From Lama glama (taxonomy: Eukaryota), in contig CM052817.1 in assembly GCA_028534125.1 (NCBI GenBank), forward strand, positions 88,600,001 through 88,664,000: a DNA stretch of 64,000 nucleotides, written 5' to 3'. A model generated the notes under the pieces. That model had not been told where the DNA came from. It worked only from the letters and a program-made list of their open reading frames with translations, and searched no databases. Below, piece after piece: positions 27,221 through 40,385 of the stretch (its first letter is position 1; every line of letters begins with the position of its first letter). A program made the position numbers and the translations under genes.

Positions 27221-27520
27221 CATTCTTCTCATTCATTCATTCGTTAAACAGATATTTTTTGGATACCATCAACACTTAGAACTCTTCTAGGGCCTGAGAC
27301 ACAACAGTGAATAGAACAGACAAAAATCTCTCACAGAATTCACAATTTATAGGGAAAAACAAACAAGCGTGTAATGTTAGATACTGCATCGACATTACAA
27401 AGATATGACATCACTACATCAAAGACATGGTGGTAAATGCTACAGAGGAATTATAGAGCAAAGAAGAGATGTATGAGTCATTGGGGAGATGAAACTGTGG
27501 ATAGGGTAATTAGGCAGACG
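27221..27520 (-). mobile_element. L2 3' end
   Basis: 'attcattcattcgttaaacagatatt...gagacacaacagtgaatagaacagacaaaaatc'. Confidence 0.75.
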
Positions 27521-30500
27521 CAGAACACATGAAAGCATGTATTTGCATTCTTCAGAGTTTTCTTTCACTGGATCTTATTTATACAAGTTATGATTAATTT
27601 TTTTGAGTCACAAACTGATATCTGACTAAACAAGACACAAGGTACAAAGCTAGAAGACACATCAGTGTGTACCCTGCACATGCTCAAGAGCATTTTAGAA
27701 GCCTAGAAACCCAGGAGAAAGGTATTTTTCTCTTGTCTTCTACCATATTTTTTCTAGAAAAGGCCTTTTTTTCCTTGCAGTATTACAAAGACAGGACCTA
27801 CAGAGTTGCAGAAGTTGATAAAGAAAATTTATCTATACTTATGTCTAGAACATTAATGTAAACATAAAATCATGATAATATTTAAGAGTAAAAGATGTTT
27901 AATTTGTACAAAACTTTATAATTGGGGAAGTGGTTACACATAGAACATTTTATTTAATCTTCACAAAATTCTTTGCTGTAAGAAGACTTGCTGTGCATTA
28001 CAAAACTAACAAATGGTAAACAGTGATGAATTCTTGGTCTATCTCAACATGCTTGTCTTAAGTCTTTCACGTATTCTTCCAATTAGTTTGCAAACTTCTG
28101 ACCCTGGTGCCTGAAGTCCCAGCCATGCCACTCATTAACATGATCAAAATAAGGCCTCTTAGAGTTGATTATTCTTCTTTATGACTGTGTCCTTTGCATG
28201 AAAATCTCTATGATTAGAAGAGAACTACTTAATTAAAAATTTTGGAGCTATATCACATTTCCTATTGTATAGAAATAAATGAAAGTTATTTAATCATAAA
28301 TCATCAAATCTCAGGGCTTTGATGGACATAAAGGTCATCTTATCCAATCATCCAGTAAGACTTAAGACATATGTGCAAGTAAATCCAAGTTATATTAACA
28401 AATCTGCCCTTTTATTTAAGAAATAGCATGCTTTTATTTGACAAGAAACTGTTTAACCTTTACCAGAAGAAGTAGATGGCTTAAAATTTTTTTTTCATAA
28501 ATTAAATTAATATTGCTCCAGGAAGAAAGATTAGTATTTAAAAGTAATATATGAAATGAAATATTTATCATTTATTTATTATATTTGAGAAACTGTCAGC
28601 AGTTGGACTCTCGTATACGCATGCAAAATTCACTCTTGCCTTTCCCCTGACATTTGCTCTTTAGTGATGGATGTCAGAGGAAGGTCTGAGCCCACTATGG
28701 AACTTAGAACAGCATCGATAGACTGGTAATGTATGGAAAATATACTAAATTTTCTTATCCAGTTTGCTTCCACTTTATTTCCCCATCAGTATACTTCAAG
28801 CTGCACACTGTTTTCTGCCTGTTGATCTAACTCACCCTATTTGTTCATCTTCCCTAAGACATTAAACATCACACCTTCTCTTAACTTTCAAAACCAGCAA
28901 CTTCTTAATTTAATGCAATTATCTGAGGTACTCTGTCCAATGGGAGATTAGTTGACCATCTTTTCCTCCTTCTGGTTAATTTATATGATTTTAAAAGTGA
29001 GTTTCTGTATGATTTGTCTTTTCCATTTTTGAAATTTAAAACAATACTCTAAGATGTAACTAGTGGGGAAGAGGGTAATGTTTAGGTTTGGCACAGCATT
29101 TCGGCCTCTTCAAATGACCTCACATAGGTAACTTTACTCCTTTGATGTCATAATTCCAACATAGGTTTTATCAGGACATATAATTCTCTGAAGTAACAGG
29201 AAATTAAATAAACTATGATTCAGACAGACGCCCAAAAGTTTCTTAGTTCGTTTCTTTTCATGAATTACTTGTTTCCTGATAAAATTATTCAAAATAATAA
29301 GTTCCATTGAGTCTAATCTTTGTTTGTTTTAATGATATGGTATGAAAACTTCAACATTTAAATTAATTGTGGTATATCATAATTACCTGGATGGTATATC
29401 ATATATAATTTTGAAATTATTTTGAAAGTTTGCTTTGTATTGCATCTTATCCATTTTAATAGTGCTATGAGAAGCTCTAAAAGCCACTAGCTTTTTATTG
29501 TCATCATCTGATTCATTTCAAAAGTTTATACATTTTTCAGTGTGATTTAAGTTTATATTAATATGATGTAGATAATGTCATTTTTGTTTAGTTTATAAAG
29601 TATGCTTTGCCAAATGCATTGACTTGGATTTATTATGTTTCTGATTAGAAAGATTATATGTGCAATGTATAACTTTGTATGAATTAGTGGATGATGATTT
29701 AAGTTCTACAGAGACTTTGTTAAATTTATTATGTATAGACCTTAATTCAACATTTGATATAGACAGTACTAGAGGTTTTGGTAGTTAACATATTCATGAG
29801 AGTAGATATTCATGAATGGATAACTGATGTGTATATCTTAGTAACAACAACTGCATTAAAACAGAAAACTACTTTCAGAGAAAATAACCACTTTATAAGA
29901 CCCTGCATTACAAATACATCTTGATATCTTTACAATATTTATTACAGAACTTTGCATATAGTAAAGACCTCAGATTTGGTTCAGTCTGAAGAATCATATT
30001 ATGTTACCCATATATTATTTTACAAAGTCAAGTAAAAAAGGTACTGGATAGCAACTAAGGATTTTTTCAGAACAATATATATTAGTAATTTTTTCATTTT
30101 GGAGAAGAACAAGAATTAGCTTTAAAAAGGAACCAACGTTAACATAAATAATAATTCAGCCATCATTGTTAAAAATTCTAATTACATGTACTCTGATTCT
30201 GAAATTATTTGATACATTCTTTTCTGCCCTCAGTCAGATCAAAACGTTTATATGTGCCATCTTCTGCCAGTTTCTTTGATAGAAGTTGACACCTATGCTA
30301 ATCATATTAGTATAGAGTCTTATGATAGTTAGAAAAATATAGCTACAGGTATTTTAAATACTCAAATCTTTTCACTTTCCCCCAATTCCAGTTGAAGTCT
30401 GAGTTCTTGGTAGCATATCTAAATCCTAGAAAATATAGGGTGAATGAGGAAATCCATTAATGAATCACTAGATGTATGAGGGAATATAACACAGGAGGTA

Positions 30501-30603
30501 GTCTTTGGAATGGCCGTTTTGATTTTTACAGGAATTCTGGTTCATTAGAAAATATTCAAATAAAATAAAGTCTTAATGCAGATGTCAGGAGAAGCTTCAT
30601 GTC

Positions 30604-31137
30604 TATATCAGTCAAGATTCAACTAGAGAAGCAGAGCCAGTAAAAGTTTATTATACCCGGGTTCTGCACCTGTGAATTCAACCTTGTGGATCATGTAGAA
30701 CTGTAGGATTTATGGAAAACAAATCTGTGTATAAGTGGGTTCATGCAGTTCAAACCCATATTGTTCAAGGGTCAACTGTATGTGGACTTATTACAAGGAA
30801 ATGACATAAGCAGTTGTAGAGCCGGCTAAGGAATTCAGAACTTTATAGGGCAGATCATCAAGAAGGGAAGATAATGAACAGGATGGACCCCACAGGAATG
30901 ACCCAAAGCTGTTGTGCACAATAGGTAAAAAATTTCTCTCCTTAAAAAGCCTCTGCCCTGTATTTAAGACCTTCCAGTTAGTTAAGTCAGGCCCATCAAA
31001 GATAAGATACTTATTGAAAGTCCATTTACAAGAGACTTTAATAAATCTGCAAAATCCCCTCACAGGAATACACAGTTTAGTGCTTGACTATCTGGGAACT
31101 TCAGCCTAACCAAGTCAGTTCATCATAAAGCATCATA
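30604..31137 (-). mobile_element. ERVL solo LTR, MLT2-family, carrying a nested Tigger2-type fragment
   Basis: 'tatatcagtcaagattcaactagagaagcagagccagta...atctgcaaaatcccctcacag...agcctaaccaagt'; TSD atgtc (30599-30603) / atgcc (31138-31142). Confidence 0.75.
30655..30778. mobile_element. Tigger2-family (TcMar) DNA transposon end
   Basis: 'tataagtgggttcatgcagttcaaacccatattgttcaagggtcaactg' then TA: reverse complement of the Tigger2 terminus CAGTTGACCCTTGAACAA. Confidence 0.8.
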
Positions 31138-31669
31138 ATGCCTATCAAAAAGGTCATTATATTTCACTTTAGCTCTAATATTTTAGCCTGTGAAAATGTG
31201 AAAGACTATTAGCGAATTTTGCTCTTTTGGAAGAAGTGGGTATGGCTTCTATTAACTCCTTGGCATTCTTGGCCACATTTCCATTTATTCATTCCCTTTT
31301 CAGATATTTAGATCAAACATAGACTCAGACATTTTGGAGTGGTATGGCAACATAATATTTTAAATTGTCAAGTCACAAAGTGTTTTCTTCTTGGATCATT
31401 GAGTGTTTTCTCCTGTAGCTCAACTATCATTATATTAAAGCACGAGGGTGATAAATGAATGGACTTAATGACTAGACCATTTAGGATACAAAGAAACTTC
31501 AGTAACTGATGTGTAATAAAACCATATTAATTTAATTTGTAATAAGATACACCTTTTAAGGTGAAATAGACCTTCCAACGTCTACCGAGGACAAAGGAAG
31601 GACATGTTGAGAAGCCCTTAAACCTAGCTATGAGCAGAGCAGAATAGCTAAATATATGTGAGCACATGG

Positions 31670-32500
31670 GATTTTCATTGAGATTTTGTTGAATCCATGA
31701 CAAATTTGGGAAGAACTGACATCTTAATAATACTGAGACTCCTAACCTATGAACAAGATATATTTCTCTATTTGTTTAGGTGTTTTTTTTGGTTACTGTC
31801 AGTTATGTTTTATTGTTCTCAGCGTACCCTCATTCATGTTTTGTCAGATTTCCCTAAGTGTTTTTCTTTTTTGTGCTATTGTAAATGCTATTTTCTTTAC
31901 TTATTTTAATTTCCAGTTGTTCATTGTTAGCAAATAGAAATACAATTGATAGTTGGATTTATCTTATGTCCTTTAAAATTTGCTAAACTCGCTAATTAAT
32001 TCTAGCAGGTTTTTTTTTTAGATCCTTCAGATTGTCTGCATAGGTGATCATGCTGCCTACAGATAAAAATATTTTATTCATTTTCTTTTTCCATACTGAG
32101 TGACTTTTATTTCATTTTATGGCCTGATTGCAATGGCTAGAACGCCAGTACAATGTTAAATAGAAGCCATGAAAGGTGACATCTTTGTCATGTTCCTGAC
32201 CTTAGGGGAAAACAATTCATTTTTTACCTTCAGTATGATGTTAGCTACAGGATTTTTCCTAACTGTTCTTTATTAGGCACTTAAAAAATTGTCTTTCTAT
32301 TTCTATTTTGATGAAAGTTGTTTATTTGTTTGAACCAGGAATGGATGTTGAATTTTGCTGAATGCTTTTTTAACAAATAAGATGATTATATAGATACCCG
32401 TTTTTAGTTTGTTAATATAACTTACAATTAATAACTGCATGCTAATTACAATTTTATTTTAAAATAGCAAGCTCCCTTTGGGGGAAAATACACACCTGGT
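31670..32500 (-). mobile_element. Old L1 ORF2 (RT-region) segment, minus strand
   Basis: 'aatttgggaagaactgacatcttaataata', 'gttcctgaccttaggggaaa', 'aggaatggatgttgaattttg'. Confidence 0.85.
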
Positions 32501-32599
32501 TAGTCTCATTTGTTTTCCTAGAAAACTTCTAGGAAAAAACGTAAGAAATTATTCCTAAGAGCTTGGTGGGCTAGGCAAAGATTTATTATATGGAACACA

Positions 32600-33010
32600 A
32601 AAAAGAAACATCTTGCCATTTGCAACAACATGGATGGATCTGTATTATGTTTAGTAAATTAAGTCAGACAGAGAAAGATAAATACTCTATGTTTTCCTTA
32701 TATGTGGATTCAAAAACTAACCAAATGAACAAATGTAACAAAATAGAAACAGATTCATAGACAGAGAGAACAAACTAGTGCTTACTAATGGGGAGGAAGT
32801 GGTTGGAGGAACAAAATAGGTGAAGGAGATTAAGAGGTATGAACTACAGTTATAAAGTAAACAAGTTACAGGGATGTAATGTATAGCACAGGGAATATAG
32901 TCAATATTTTATAATAACTTTGTATGGTATGTGATCTACAAAAATATCAAATCACAGTGTTATACAACTGAGATTAATATAAGTCAACTATACTTCAATA
33001 AATTTTTGAA
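32600..33010 (+). mobile_element. L1MA9-like 3' end
   Basis: 'atcttgccatttgcaacaacatggatggatct...aagtcagacagagaaagataaatac...gtatagcacagggaatatagtcaata...aagtcaactatacttcaataaa'. Confidence 0.88.
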
Positions 33011-33639
33011 AACTAAAAAAAACACATAAAAATAAAGATGTTACTCAATAATTATAAGACAAAAAACTCAATTTAAAAATGGGCCAGAAATTCTATGGGT
33101 ATTTCAATTAAGAAATAGCAAATGGCTATTACTCAAATTAAAATCACAATGAGACAGCGACTAGAAAATTAAAAGAACTAATATCTTGTTAATAATACCA
33201 AGTATTGGCAAGAATGTATAACACCTGTAAAATTATACATTTTTTTGGTGGGCATATGAATTGATTAAAAACCACTTCAGCAAACTTTTTTTTAAATTAA
33301 TAATCCATTGAAGCTAAGCATTTTCCTCTTTTCTTCTTCACTAAGGACTTACAAATATTATATTGCTATCTATCTATCTATCATCTATCTATGTAAATAG
33401 CACAAATGTTTACCCCCTCCAAAATAGGTACAGACTGTTCAAAGCAACTATATTTAAAATTTTTCCCCAAACAACTGAATACTCCTTAAAAGTAGACTCA
33501 ATATAACAATGGTATAGCCATACAATCAAATATGACACAGAAATAAAATATAAACAACTACTGCCACACTGAACAATAGGAATGAAGCTTATATGTGTAA
33601 TAAGAAAAATAAGTTATAACCAAAGAGTACACATCATCT

Positions 33640-34082
33640 TGTTGCTGGAGAATAGGTTCTCACTTACACAGGAAAGAATTCAAGAGCAAGCCATAGTAAA
33701 GTGAAAGTAGATTTATTCAGGGAGATAACACACTCCATAGACAGAGTGCAAGCTGTCTGATAAGGCAAGAAAGAGAGACAGACCATGAGGTTTGGGGTTG
33801 TTAGCTTTTATGGACTCAGTAATTTCATATGCTAATGAGTAGGAGGGTTATTACAACTACTTTGGAGAAGGGGCGTGGATTTCCAGAAAATAGACCACGC
33901 CCACTTTCGACCTTTTATGGTCAGCCTAGGAACTGTCATGCCTCCTGTGGATGTGCCATGAGGCTCAGGGTCTACTAGAAGTCAAAATATTCCACCATCT
34001 TGGTTCTAACCAGTTTGTTCTTTCCTCAGTTGCTGTGTCATTCCTTCAATGGTTATGCCCTGCCCTCTTTCCTCCTGTCTCA
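33640..34082 (-). mobile_element. ERV1-type solo LTR
   Basis: TG...CA termini (tgttgctgg...tgtctca), 'gaaagaattcaagagcaagcc...tttattc' (reverse AATAAA), possible 4 bp TSD atct/ttct; subfamily not identified. Confidence 0.75.
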
Positions 34083-34093
34083 TTCTGATTCTG

Positions 34094-34565
34094 TTTTTGT
34101 TGTTGTTGTTGTTGTTTTTAAATTGAAGTATAGTCAGTTTACAATGTTGTATCAGTTTTTGGTGTACAGCGTAGTATTTCGGTCATACATGTATATACAC
34201 ATATTCCTATTTATATTCATTTTTATTATAGGTTACTACAAGATATTGGATATAGTTCCCTGTTTTATACACTATAAACTTGTTATTTACCTATTTTATA
34301 CATAGTAGTCCATATCTGCAAATATTGAACTCCCAATTTATCCCTTCCCCAAAATTTCCAATCCCTTTACCCCCTGGTAATTTTAAGTTTGTTTTCTATG
34401 TCTATAAGTCTGTTTCTGTTTTGTAAATAAGTTCATTTGTGTATTTTTTTTTTTTGATTCCACATATGAGTGATAACATATGGTGTTTTTCTTTTTCTTT
34501 GGCTTACTTCACTTAGAATGATGATCTTCAGGTCCCTCCATGTTGCTGCAAATGGCATTATTTTA
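34094..34565 (-). mobile_element. Relatively young L1 3' end with (GTT)n tail
   Basis: 'ttgaagtatagtcagtttacaatgttgt...gattccacatatgagtgata...ggcttacttcacttagaatga...tgttgctgcaaatggcatta'; closely similar to 20848-21485. Confidence 0.9.
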
Positions 34566-37500
34566 CTGACGCTTTTTATGAAGTTCAAGAGATGAAGCTA
34601 AAACAGGTGATAGAAGCCAGAATAGTAGTTACCAAAGTAATTAAATCTCAAAAAAAAAAATCTATACCTTCTCAAAACTACAATATTTTTGAAACCCTTT
34701 GCAGAATCAGGACTTTTTTTTCCCCCTAAAAGGGCAAAGCTCCAAAGAGATAAAACAGACTGAGAGAAAAATTATGTCTCAATATTAAATATAAAATATG
34801 AAAAAAATACAACTCAAAAAGGCACTTATTGGCAAACTACTAAAATACAACACTAAGTCACTTAGGCTACTTTATACAAAAGTGGAATTCACTTGGCATT
34901 TATCACAGAGTCCCAGATGGATAACATTTAGAAGTACAGACTTGGAGAAAATATAAGAATTAAGAATGTTCCAAAGTCTAGGCATCAGGAATTGCATCCA
35001 AGGCCAGGGACAGAAACACTTGCTCACAGTCTATAACATCCTTTCTTCACTAAGTCCTGACCAATGTTTAGGAATGTGGCAGAGAGTGGTTCTGAGGAAT
35101 ATCAGATGGCTGAACACAATAATGTATCTGGTCACCAGGAAGTGAAAGTGGGGCTGTGGGAATGGATCTGGTCCCTAACGCCTTGGATAGTAGACACTCT
35201 CCCTCCAAGATAGCACACATATAGAAAATTCAAGTATTGGGGTGGGGTGGGAATGTTAGATGCTTGACATCTACAAAATATCAAATTAGGAAACTACAAA
35301 ATTTGAGAGAACAAGAGGAAAGGTTAAATGCATCTTCTATGTTTGAATTTGCTTTATCTCTTATGATTCTGAGTGGCTGAGAATAGAATGCATGTTTCTG
35401 GATGGAGCTAAATCAAACTATTTAATAAGTTTACTTTTGATGATCACAACTGCATTTGAAAAATGGAAAAAATTATCTTCCAGTTATAAAGTATTAAAAT
35501 GATTAAAAACTACTGAAAGAGAAATAATTCACCATTGACCTGAATTAACATTTGTGTACTTAATTAGCCTTAATAAATATAAATAAGCCATCATTTAGTT
35601 CTATGAGGTAGCAATATATTTCCTGAAATAAATAATTTTTCCTGACATTCAAATAGATAGTGTTTAATACCACAGAAGAAACATATATTCATTGTCTCAC
35701 TTATGATGAATAAATATGTAATACTTATCAATTAAGGTAAAACATAAGTAAACAATTTGGGTGAATTTATGACTAATAACAAATAATTTACATTTAAATA
35801 ATTATAACATTTCTTTAATATAAATCAACTAAATTTTGTGTAAAAATACCTGTTTCAGGTTTTAGGAGGGAAATATCAAACATAAAGTCTTTAAGAATTA
35901 CAAACATGCCATTAAAATGTAACACTGTTGCCAACTTTTTAATTACAAAAAGATGTGCATCTGGTTTACAAAACCAGAAAAAATCCTGAAAACTACATTA
36001 ATATTATTGATAAAAAAGCTACTAAAATAGAATTGTGATAATAAAGAGGGTTAGGAAATATGTTTTATCTCATTCAAATCTAATTTCAAATTTCTTTGTT
36101 TAAATATTGTGACTAATTCATATTTTTTGAATATTTTCAAGTTATTAAACATTAAGTTCAAAATTTAAAATCCCACCTATTTCTCCTATTACGTATGCAA
36201 TTGAGATATAAACATTAGCTTAATATATGAGTCAAAGTACTGGGTACTGGTATAAATCTTCTCCCTTAAGCCTTCACCAATAGAGCAAAAGATCAAATAA
36301 CTCTTCCATCATAAAAATAAATTAAAAATAAAGTGATCATTTTTCATTTATAGAAAAAAAACTCATTTATTCTATGCTTCTTCACCAATTAAGTTTAACT
36401 TAGGAATTTAAGAGAGAGGGGAAAAAAAAGAATCACTTTTATTTCTTGTCTGTTATTACTACTAATTAGAAATGAGGTGGTGATTTATGCGATGTATTAG
36501 ATATAGTTTTACTGTTCTCAAAAGTTGATAATTTACTAAATGAATGAAAATATCCTAAAGCTGATCATAACCTGCTATTAAGGCAAACTTAGAATAGACA
36601 GTTTCCCGCTGGTTCTCATGGGCACCAATATATTTCCAGTAACTCAGAGTAAGAGGTTTAGTTGAACTGCTAATTGCATACATGAAATTAGGTCATATAA
36701 TTTGCCACTGAATTATATAAATACAAGTGAATTGTGTTACACTTTCTATTTTAGCAAGTTAGCATCTTATTTATGATCATTTGCACTTTAAAAGAATATT
36801 TTATTTTCACTCAGAGGACAATTTGCCAAAATTTTTAAATGAATATTATTTTTCAGAACAAAATTCCGAAAGGTATCTTTTCACATATACAGTTTTTACC
36901 TCTCCTTTTTCCTCTTTAAAAATAATACAAATTGAGATGATGTGAAGGTTAAAGTTAACTTTTAGTCAGTATTAGAGAAAATAGGATATTATCATTATGA
37001 CAGATGGAAAAGTGATGTGTTAAAACTTACTTTAAGATGGTTTAAGGCCAAAAGAGATATCATTATTATAAATCAATTTCACCCTCAATTTCAGAAATAA
37101 ACTCAATATGTATATGATAGAAGACAGTTACTTTTACCAAAAAAAAAAGCAGATTATTCAGAACCTTGGGAGAGTCTGCACTATGTGCTCTTTAAGTCAC
37201 ACTCTATCAGGACATAATCTCCACAAGGATAAGGTTTAGTCAGTTTGATCTTGACAAAGCAATATCCTAACTTTGAGTTAAAATACTTTTTTGAATAATA
37301 CCACAAAATTTAAAGATAGAATATTATTCATACTTTAAATATAATGCATTTCAGCATTTTAATGCTGTAATAATTCACAGTGGAACAATATTATACCTAA
37401 AATGGAACTTCAATTTTATATTTCCTAGTGTAATATATGTGTTATATTTTAATTTTTCCAGAGTAAATTTCATTCTGATGAAGATTGGTAGCATTAATAT

Positions 37501-38959
37501 TTTACTTCTATAAAATGGTTATTTGAATTTTATTTTTCTCCATTTTTAACATTTGAAAGGGATTAAAAACTATAAAATACATACCAATTTAAGTTTCTTT
37601 GATTAGATTATATTATTATTTATTTCATAAATATAATCGCAATGAACTAAAAATACTAAAACTTGGAGATGAAGTGAAGGATATTTGAACATACACATTC
37701 AGGTTATTAAAAATTTTCAGAGATATAAATTGATTCCTCAGTAGATACTTAATGAAAAATATGAGAATAGGAAAGTGAAGAGTATATGTATGTGTATGTA
37801 CATATCCCATAAAATGTGAATGGTCCTCAGAAGCAGTGTTCTGTTTACTATTTTTCAGTAAGTAAATTAAAGCCAGATATATAGTGGTCAAAATATAACT
37901 ATTTCTTTTTGTGAACATTAATATTCATATGTCTAATTTATTAGCTGGCAATCTATGTACCTCATGTAATTTGACATATATATGTATGTGTGGTAACATA
38001 TCATTTTGTAGTTTTCATATAAAGCTGAAAAATCAAGACATCCAATTTTTTTGAGGTTAAAAATAATATCATAGGAAAGCTATGTCACTAGGTTTCCAGT
38101 CATCCAGCTTTATGACCTTTGTTTCAGGCCTAATTCTTGACGTGGTTTGAAGTATTACAGATATTGGGTCAAAGTTGAGAAAAAAAACTATTCTTATTTA
38201 AACATAGTAGAAGTATGGTAGACTCTAAAATAAAGAAATAGAATTGATAAAGCATTTTTTAATTATGTAAAATTTAATAAAGAAATCAAGCCTTATTACC
38301 TGTGTGGCTCTTATTTGTGACTTAATAACATTGAGAGTTTAAGTGAGACTATATAACGTACACTGCTATGCAACTTCTATCATTAATTTACTGTATAATC
38401 CTGAACAGATTAGCTAATCTCTATGATTGTGTGTCCTGTTTCATAAAATAGTTGAAATGTTACCATATAATAAAATAAATAATAATTAATATAAATATTA
38501 GTTTACTGAATTTAATAAAGATTCAATACACTAAGGAATATGGAAACACTTTTTATAAACAAGCCATTCTCCAATATTAATAATAATAACAGGAATAATA
38601 AAATTGCTCATCCCCATCTCCCTTTTGTACACTCTCTCTCTCTCTCTGTTTTCTTAGCACTTAGTAATTTAAAAAGCAGAATAGGCAAGGTAATTCAAGG
38701 TAATTCACACCCTTTTTCCTTTAAAAAAACTCCTATGGAAAATTCTATATAAATAGCTCTGATTTAAAACTTAAAATTACTAACTTCTATTTTTAGGAGT
38801 CTTCAAGAAGCTGAGTTGGTAGATACTTTTATAAGAATCCTATTCATTTACTTGGATGAATACAATATTCATCTTCAAAACCTGGCCCTGACAGAAAAAT
38901 CATGGTCCAGATCTCAATGAACAGTAAAGTGATAATGATGAGGATGAGGATGAAGATGA

Positions 38960-39185
38960 CAATAAATAGTTACCATTCTCTGGGGAGTTTAGGATGAAAC
39001 AGTCTCTATATTGTGTTCTTTAAATTTGTCAGCTCTTTAAATCCTCTTAACCACACTGCAGCTTATATAGATTGTTTTATGTAAATTAAGGCTCAGAAAA
39101 ATTAGGGAATGTGTAAAAAATACACAGCTGCAAGTGACAGACACACAATGTAAACGATGGCTAACTCCAGAGTTCATGCTGTTTC
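38960..39185 (-). mobile_element. MIR
   Basis: 'tttaaatcctcttaaccac...aaattaaggctcagaaaaattaggg...acacagctgcaagtgacaga...actccagagttcatgct'. Confidence 0.65.
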
Positions 39186-39313
39186 CAGTGTATCAAATAT
39201 CCTTAATCTTCTTATGAGTTAAAAGGAAAAGCATAAAATGACATTAAACAATATAAAGGCCATAGTAGTAACACAATTGCTTTTAATCTGCAGAAAAATT
39301 ATTGTATCTTAAA

Positions 39314-39363
39314 AAAATAAACGTTATTAACCTTGAGTAAAATAAACGTTATTAACCTTGAGT
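39314..39363 (+). repeat. Perfect 25 bp tandem duplication
   Basis: aaaataaacgttattaaccttgagt x2 (39314-39338, 39339-39363). Confidence 0.95.
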
Positions 39364-39413
39364 CCATAGCTTTCTAAAATATTGTAGTTTCATATTACCT
39401 ATACTTGAACAAA

Positions 39414-39418
39414 TATAT

Positions 39419-39451
<33 letters not shown>
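39414..39451 (+). repeat. Compound (TA)/(TACA)/(CA)n microsatellite
   Basis: Direct reading. Confidence 0.9.
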
Positions 39452-39559
39452 AATATTTATTTCATTACTAAAGTAAGTTTATTACTTGCTCCTTCTGAAG
39501 ATTCTTGACACTTCCAAATCTGCAAGTAATCATGGTTCCCCTCCTACTCTGAACAGCCA

Positions 39560-40385
39560 TCTTCTCCCTCTTGAATGGCCCAGGTGGCCTCTTAATTGGT
39601 CTCACTGTTTCCTCTCCTGCTGTCTCAGGCCTTTTCCTACATATTCGGTTCCAAAGTATAAAATAAATGGATGGGAAAGCCCAGAGTGGACTCTTAGGTA
39701 CAAATCAGCTTACATGAATCCTCCACAGAAAGCATTCGGAAGTTTTTCTATCACACGTAGGGTAAAATACAAATTCCCTATCTTGTTTGTAGTCAGTGCA
39801 GCAATGTGACCTGGAATACCTGGGACAGTCATGGTTTATGTATGTTGTTGTTCAAAACTGTCCTTGTAGAGCAGTGAATTATGCGGACAGCCCACCCGAA
39901 AGCCAGTATCTGATCTGACCCCTGCCTTCTTCTCCCCACTCGGTATTCACCACTTTCTCCCGGGCTCTCACATGCCAACCACGCTGCCAATGCCAATGTC
40001 TTTTGAACACATCAGGCTCATTCTGCTCTCATTTTTATATCTTTAGAACACGTCTTCCCCAGATTTCATAATGGCTTTTTCCTTCACATCATCATGTCTC
40101 TGCTAAACATGACACGTCCCAAAGAGGCTTTCCTTGGCAAACATTTTAAAATTGCTCCCATCCCTCTGGCTGCCTGCTCTGCTTTTCCTTCCTAGCACTT
40201 TTCACTACATGAGTTTTATTTATATTTTATATTTTTACTAACTGATTTTCAGCTTTGTTTATCATAACATAGGCAAGCTTTACGAGGGAACATATTTTGT
40301 CTTTCTTACGTATTGCTTTATCTCAAAAACTGAGTTAGGCACTAGAGAAACAAATCAAAAAAGTTTTAAACGAGTGAGTAATGAG
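39560..40385 (+). mobile_element. L2 3' portion
   Basis: 'gcctcttaattggtctcactg', 'tgatctgacccctgccttctt', 'gtctctgctaaacatgacacgtcccaaagaggctttcct'. Confidence 0.7.
39795..39892. mobile_element. MER94-like (hAT-Blackjack) fragment nested in L2
   Basis: 'cctgggacagtcatggtttatgtatgttgt...caaaactgtcc...gaattatgcggacagccc'. Confidence 0.5.

Larger units (their letters stand above)
32520..34640 (+). mobile_element. Old L1 ORF2 3' part and 3' UTR, plus strand, interrupted three times
   Basis: 'aaaacttctaggaaaaaac...ggctaggcaaagattt', 'caaattaaaatcacaatgagaca', resumes 'atgaagttcaaga...gtgatagaagccagaatagtagttacc' after 34566. Confidence 0.7.
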
